From the NCBI GenBank assembly GCA_035606665.1, contig DATNEY010000034.1, positions 84,479 through 148,478 of the forward strand: a DNA stretch of 64,000 nt, given 5' to 3'. Positions within the stretch are counted from its first letter, which is position 1. Each line of letters starts with the position of its first letter. Of this stretch, positions 62,793-64,000 are shown piece by piece. This DNA comes from Vicinamibacterales bacterium. GTDB lineage: Bacteria; Acidobacteriota; Vicinamibacteria; Vicinamibacterales; SCN-69-37. The translations under genes and the position numbers were made by a program. The notes under the pieces were generated by a model. That model searched no databases. It saw nothing but the letters and a program-made list of their open reading frames with translations, and was not told the DNA's origin.

Positions 62793-63923
62793 CTACTCTT
62801 CGGCGCGCCCGCCCTGCGGGGCGTCGCCGAACAGGTGACCGCGGACGTCGGTCTCATTCAACCGGCCGAACTCCCGCAGCAATTCCTTCGATCGTTCGTC
62901 CCGTACGACGGGAAGCACGATTTGAATCTCGACCACCAGGTCTCCGGCCTCGCCGTCGCCGCCAGGCGGGGCCGGAACGCCGCAGCCGCGAATGCGCAAC
63001 CGCCGGCCGGACGGCGTGCCCGGTGGAATCCGCAAACGCACGGGATCGGCCAGCGTTGGAACGTCGAGCTTCACGCCGAGCGCCGCTTCATGCACGGCGA
63101 CGGGCAGGGTGAGTTCCAGATCGCGGCCTGCCCGGCGGAAATGTGGATGCGGCGCGACCGTGAGATTGATGTAGAGGTCGCCTGCCGGTCCCCCACGCGC
63201 ACCCGCATTGCCCCGGCCGGGCACCGCGAGACGATCGCCGTCCGATGTTCCCGGCCGGAGGACGAGCGTGACGACCTCGCCCCGCGCGTGGATTCCCGCG
63301 CCTTGACAAGTCCGGCACGGCTGCACGTCGAGCCGTCCCGTTCCTCCACAGGCTTCACAGGCGCCCGTGAAAACCAGATGTCCCCGCACCCAACGGCGCG
63401 AACCCGATCCGGCACACATCGGGCACATCACCGGCGGCCGCGGCACGCGGCCGTCTCCGCCGCACGCAGCGCATCGATCCTGGCGGGTGATCGACAGCGG
63501 CACCGCACCGCCAAGCACCGCGTCGCGAAACGACACCGTCGCGGAGAGTTCCAGGTCCGCCCCACGCGTTGGCGTCGTGGCCTCACGCGCCGCGTCCTGA
63601 AACACGTCCGCGAACAGTTCGGTGAACGTCGCGGCCAGCGGCCCCTCGGCCGCGGACGAGAAGTCGAATCCCTCGAACGAGACCCGGACTTCACCGGGAA
63701 CGTCCAGCGCCGCACTGCGATTGGCGCCGCGGTCGTAGTCCTGGCGCCGATCGAGATCGCCGAGGATGTCGAACGCGTCCTGAATGCGGCGGTACATTTC
63801 CTCGGCCGCGCGGTCACCCGGGTTGATGCCCGGGTGATACCGCCGCGCGAGCCGCCGGTACGCGCGCTCGATGTCGGCGGCGGAAGCCGCCCGCGTGACG
63901 CCGAGCAGTGCGTACAGATCCAC
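62793..63923 (-). CDS. dnaJ: Molecular chaperone DnaJ (type I: J domain, four CxxCxGxG, C-terminal domains)
   Basis: DLYALLGVTRAASAADIERAYRRLARRYHPGINPGD and CAACGGDG, CPMCAGSG, CEACGGTG, CRTCQGAG. GTG start directly after an in-frame TAA, with GGAG 9 nt upstream. Confidence 0.9.
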   Translation of the reverse strand: MDLYALLGVTRAASAADIERAYRRLARRYHPGINPGDRAAEEMYRRIQDAFDILGDLDRRQDYDRGANRSAALDVPGEVRVSFEGFDFSSAAEGPLAATFTELFADVFQDAAREATTPTRGADLELSATVSFRDAVLGGAVPLSITRQDRCAACGGDGRVPRPPVMCPMCAGSGSRRWVRGHLVFTGACEACGGTGRLDVQPCRTCQGAGIHARGEVVTLVLRPGTSDGDRLAVPGRGNAGARGGPAGDLYINLTVAPHPHFRRAGRDLELTLPVAVHEAALGVKLDVPTLADPVRLRIPPGTPSGRRLRIRGCGVPAPPGGDGEAGDLVVEIQIVLPVVRDERSKELLREFGRLNETDVRGHLFGDAPQGGRAEE

Positions 63924-63953
63924 TTACTTCTTCTCCTGACTTTTCTTTAGTTC

Positions 63954-64000
63954 GCGCGGGGCCCCACCCCCGCGCGCTCGTCACGCGCTTCGGGGCTCGC
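63954..64000. repeat. GC-rich palindromic sequence at the window edge, possibly the same family as 61364..61470
   Basis: GCGCGGGGCCCCACCCCCGCGCGCTCGTCACGCGCTTCGGGGCTCGC. It is truncated by the window end. Confidence 0.35.

Noticed and set aside
63924-64000. Possible 3' end of an upstream chaperone gene (grpE/dnaK) on the - strand before dnaJ.
   Set aside because: The frame ending in TAA next to the dnaJ GTG has an in-frame TGA only 19 codons upstream. Another frame stops at 63947..63949 after 17 codons. The segment looks like a GC-rich palindromic spacer, and too little sequence is available to call a CDS.

Overview
High-GC chromosomal segment from a diderm (outer-membrane-bearing) bacterium. 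The gene content would fit Acidobacteriota or a similar soil lineage: a futalosine-type menaquinone operon, LpxI, BamA/Skp, LolCDE, ETF/ETF-QO, large M14/M28 peptidases and HspR. That assignment is inference only. I recognise about 64 protein-coding genes, roughly 90% on the minus strand. They are tightly packed, with many 1-13 nt start/stop overlaps.

Gene blocks from left to right:
- M28 and M14 peptidases, an S4-domain protein and rpsT
- holA-lptE-leuS
- a deacetylase, a DUF374 protein and ETF-QO
- the Lhr helicase
- an orphan exbD
- etfBA
- yceD-rpmF-plsX-fabG-acpP-fabF
- dgt, deoB, miaA and a TonB-like gene
- an 8-gene menaquinone (futalosine) operon
- a lipid A block (Gfo/Idh/MocA oxidoreductase, lpxI, a fused fabZ-lpxA) followed by skp
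- a two-gene opposite-strand insert, then bamA
- clpC, lolDC, lysS, nusB, ribH
- a crotonase and small membrane proteins
- a PfkB kinase, MTAP and an MBL hydrolase
- a fused meaB-epimerase and an acyl-CoA dehydrogenase
- a small OMP, two secreted paralogues and hemW
- a DnaC-like ATPase, hspR and dnaJ

I found no rRNA, tRNA, CRISPR array, transposase, integrase or phage gene.

The coding content is mostly housekeeping. The unusual material is architectural:
1. A four-helix-bundle (23S-IVS-protein/Avd-like) gene is boxed in by long inverted repeats built from 7-nt words. It is lodged between skp and bamA.
2. Most intergenic spacers are filled with 7- or 8-nt-phased simple-sequence palindromes whose word changes from locus to locus. 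One copy lies in frame inside lhr.
3. Two GC-rich REP-like families are present, and some supply the last codons of genes.
4. There are two apparent gene fusions (FabZ-LpxA and MeaB-methylmalonyl-CoA epimerase) and a radical-SAM-less MqnC/MqnE paralogue.
5. The dnaJ-hspR-DnaC-like ATPase arrangement is conserved.

All functional calls rest on motif recognition by eye in the supplied translations. No database search was possible.
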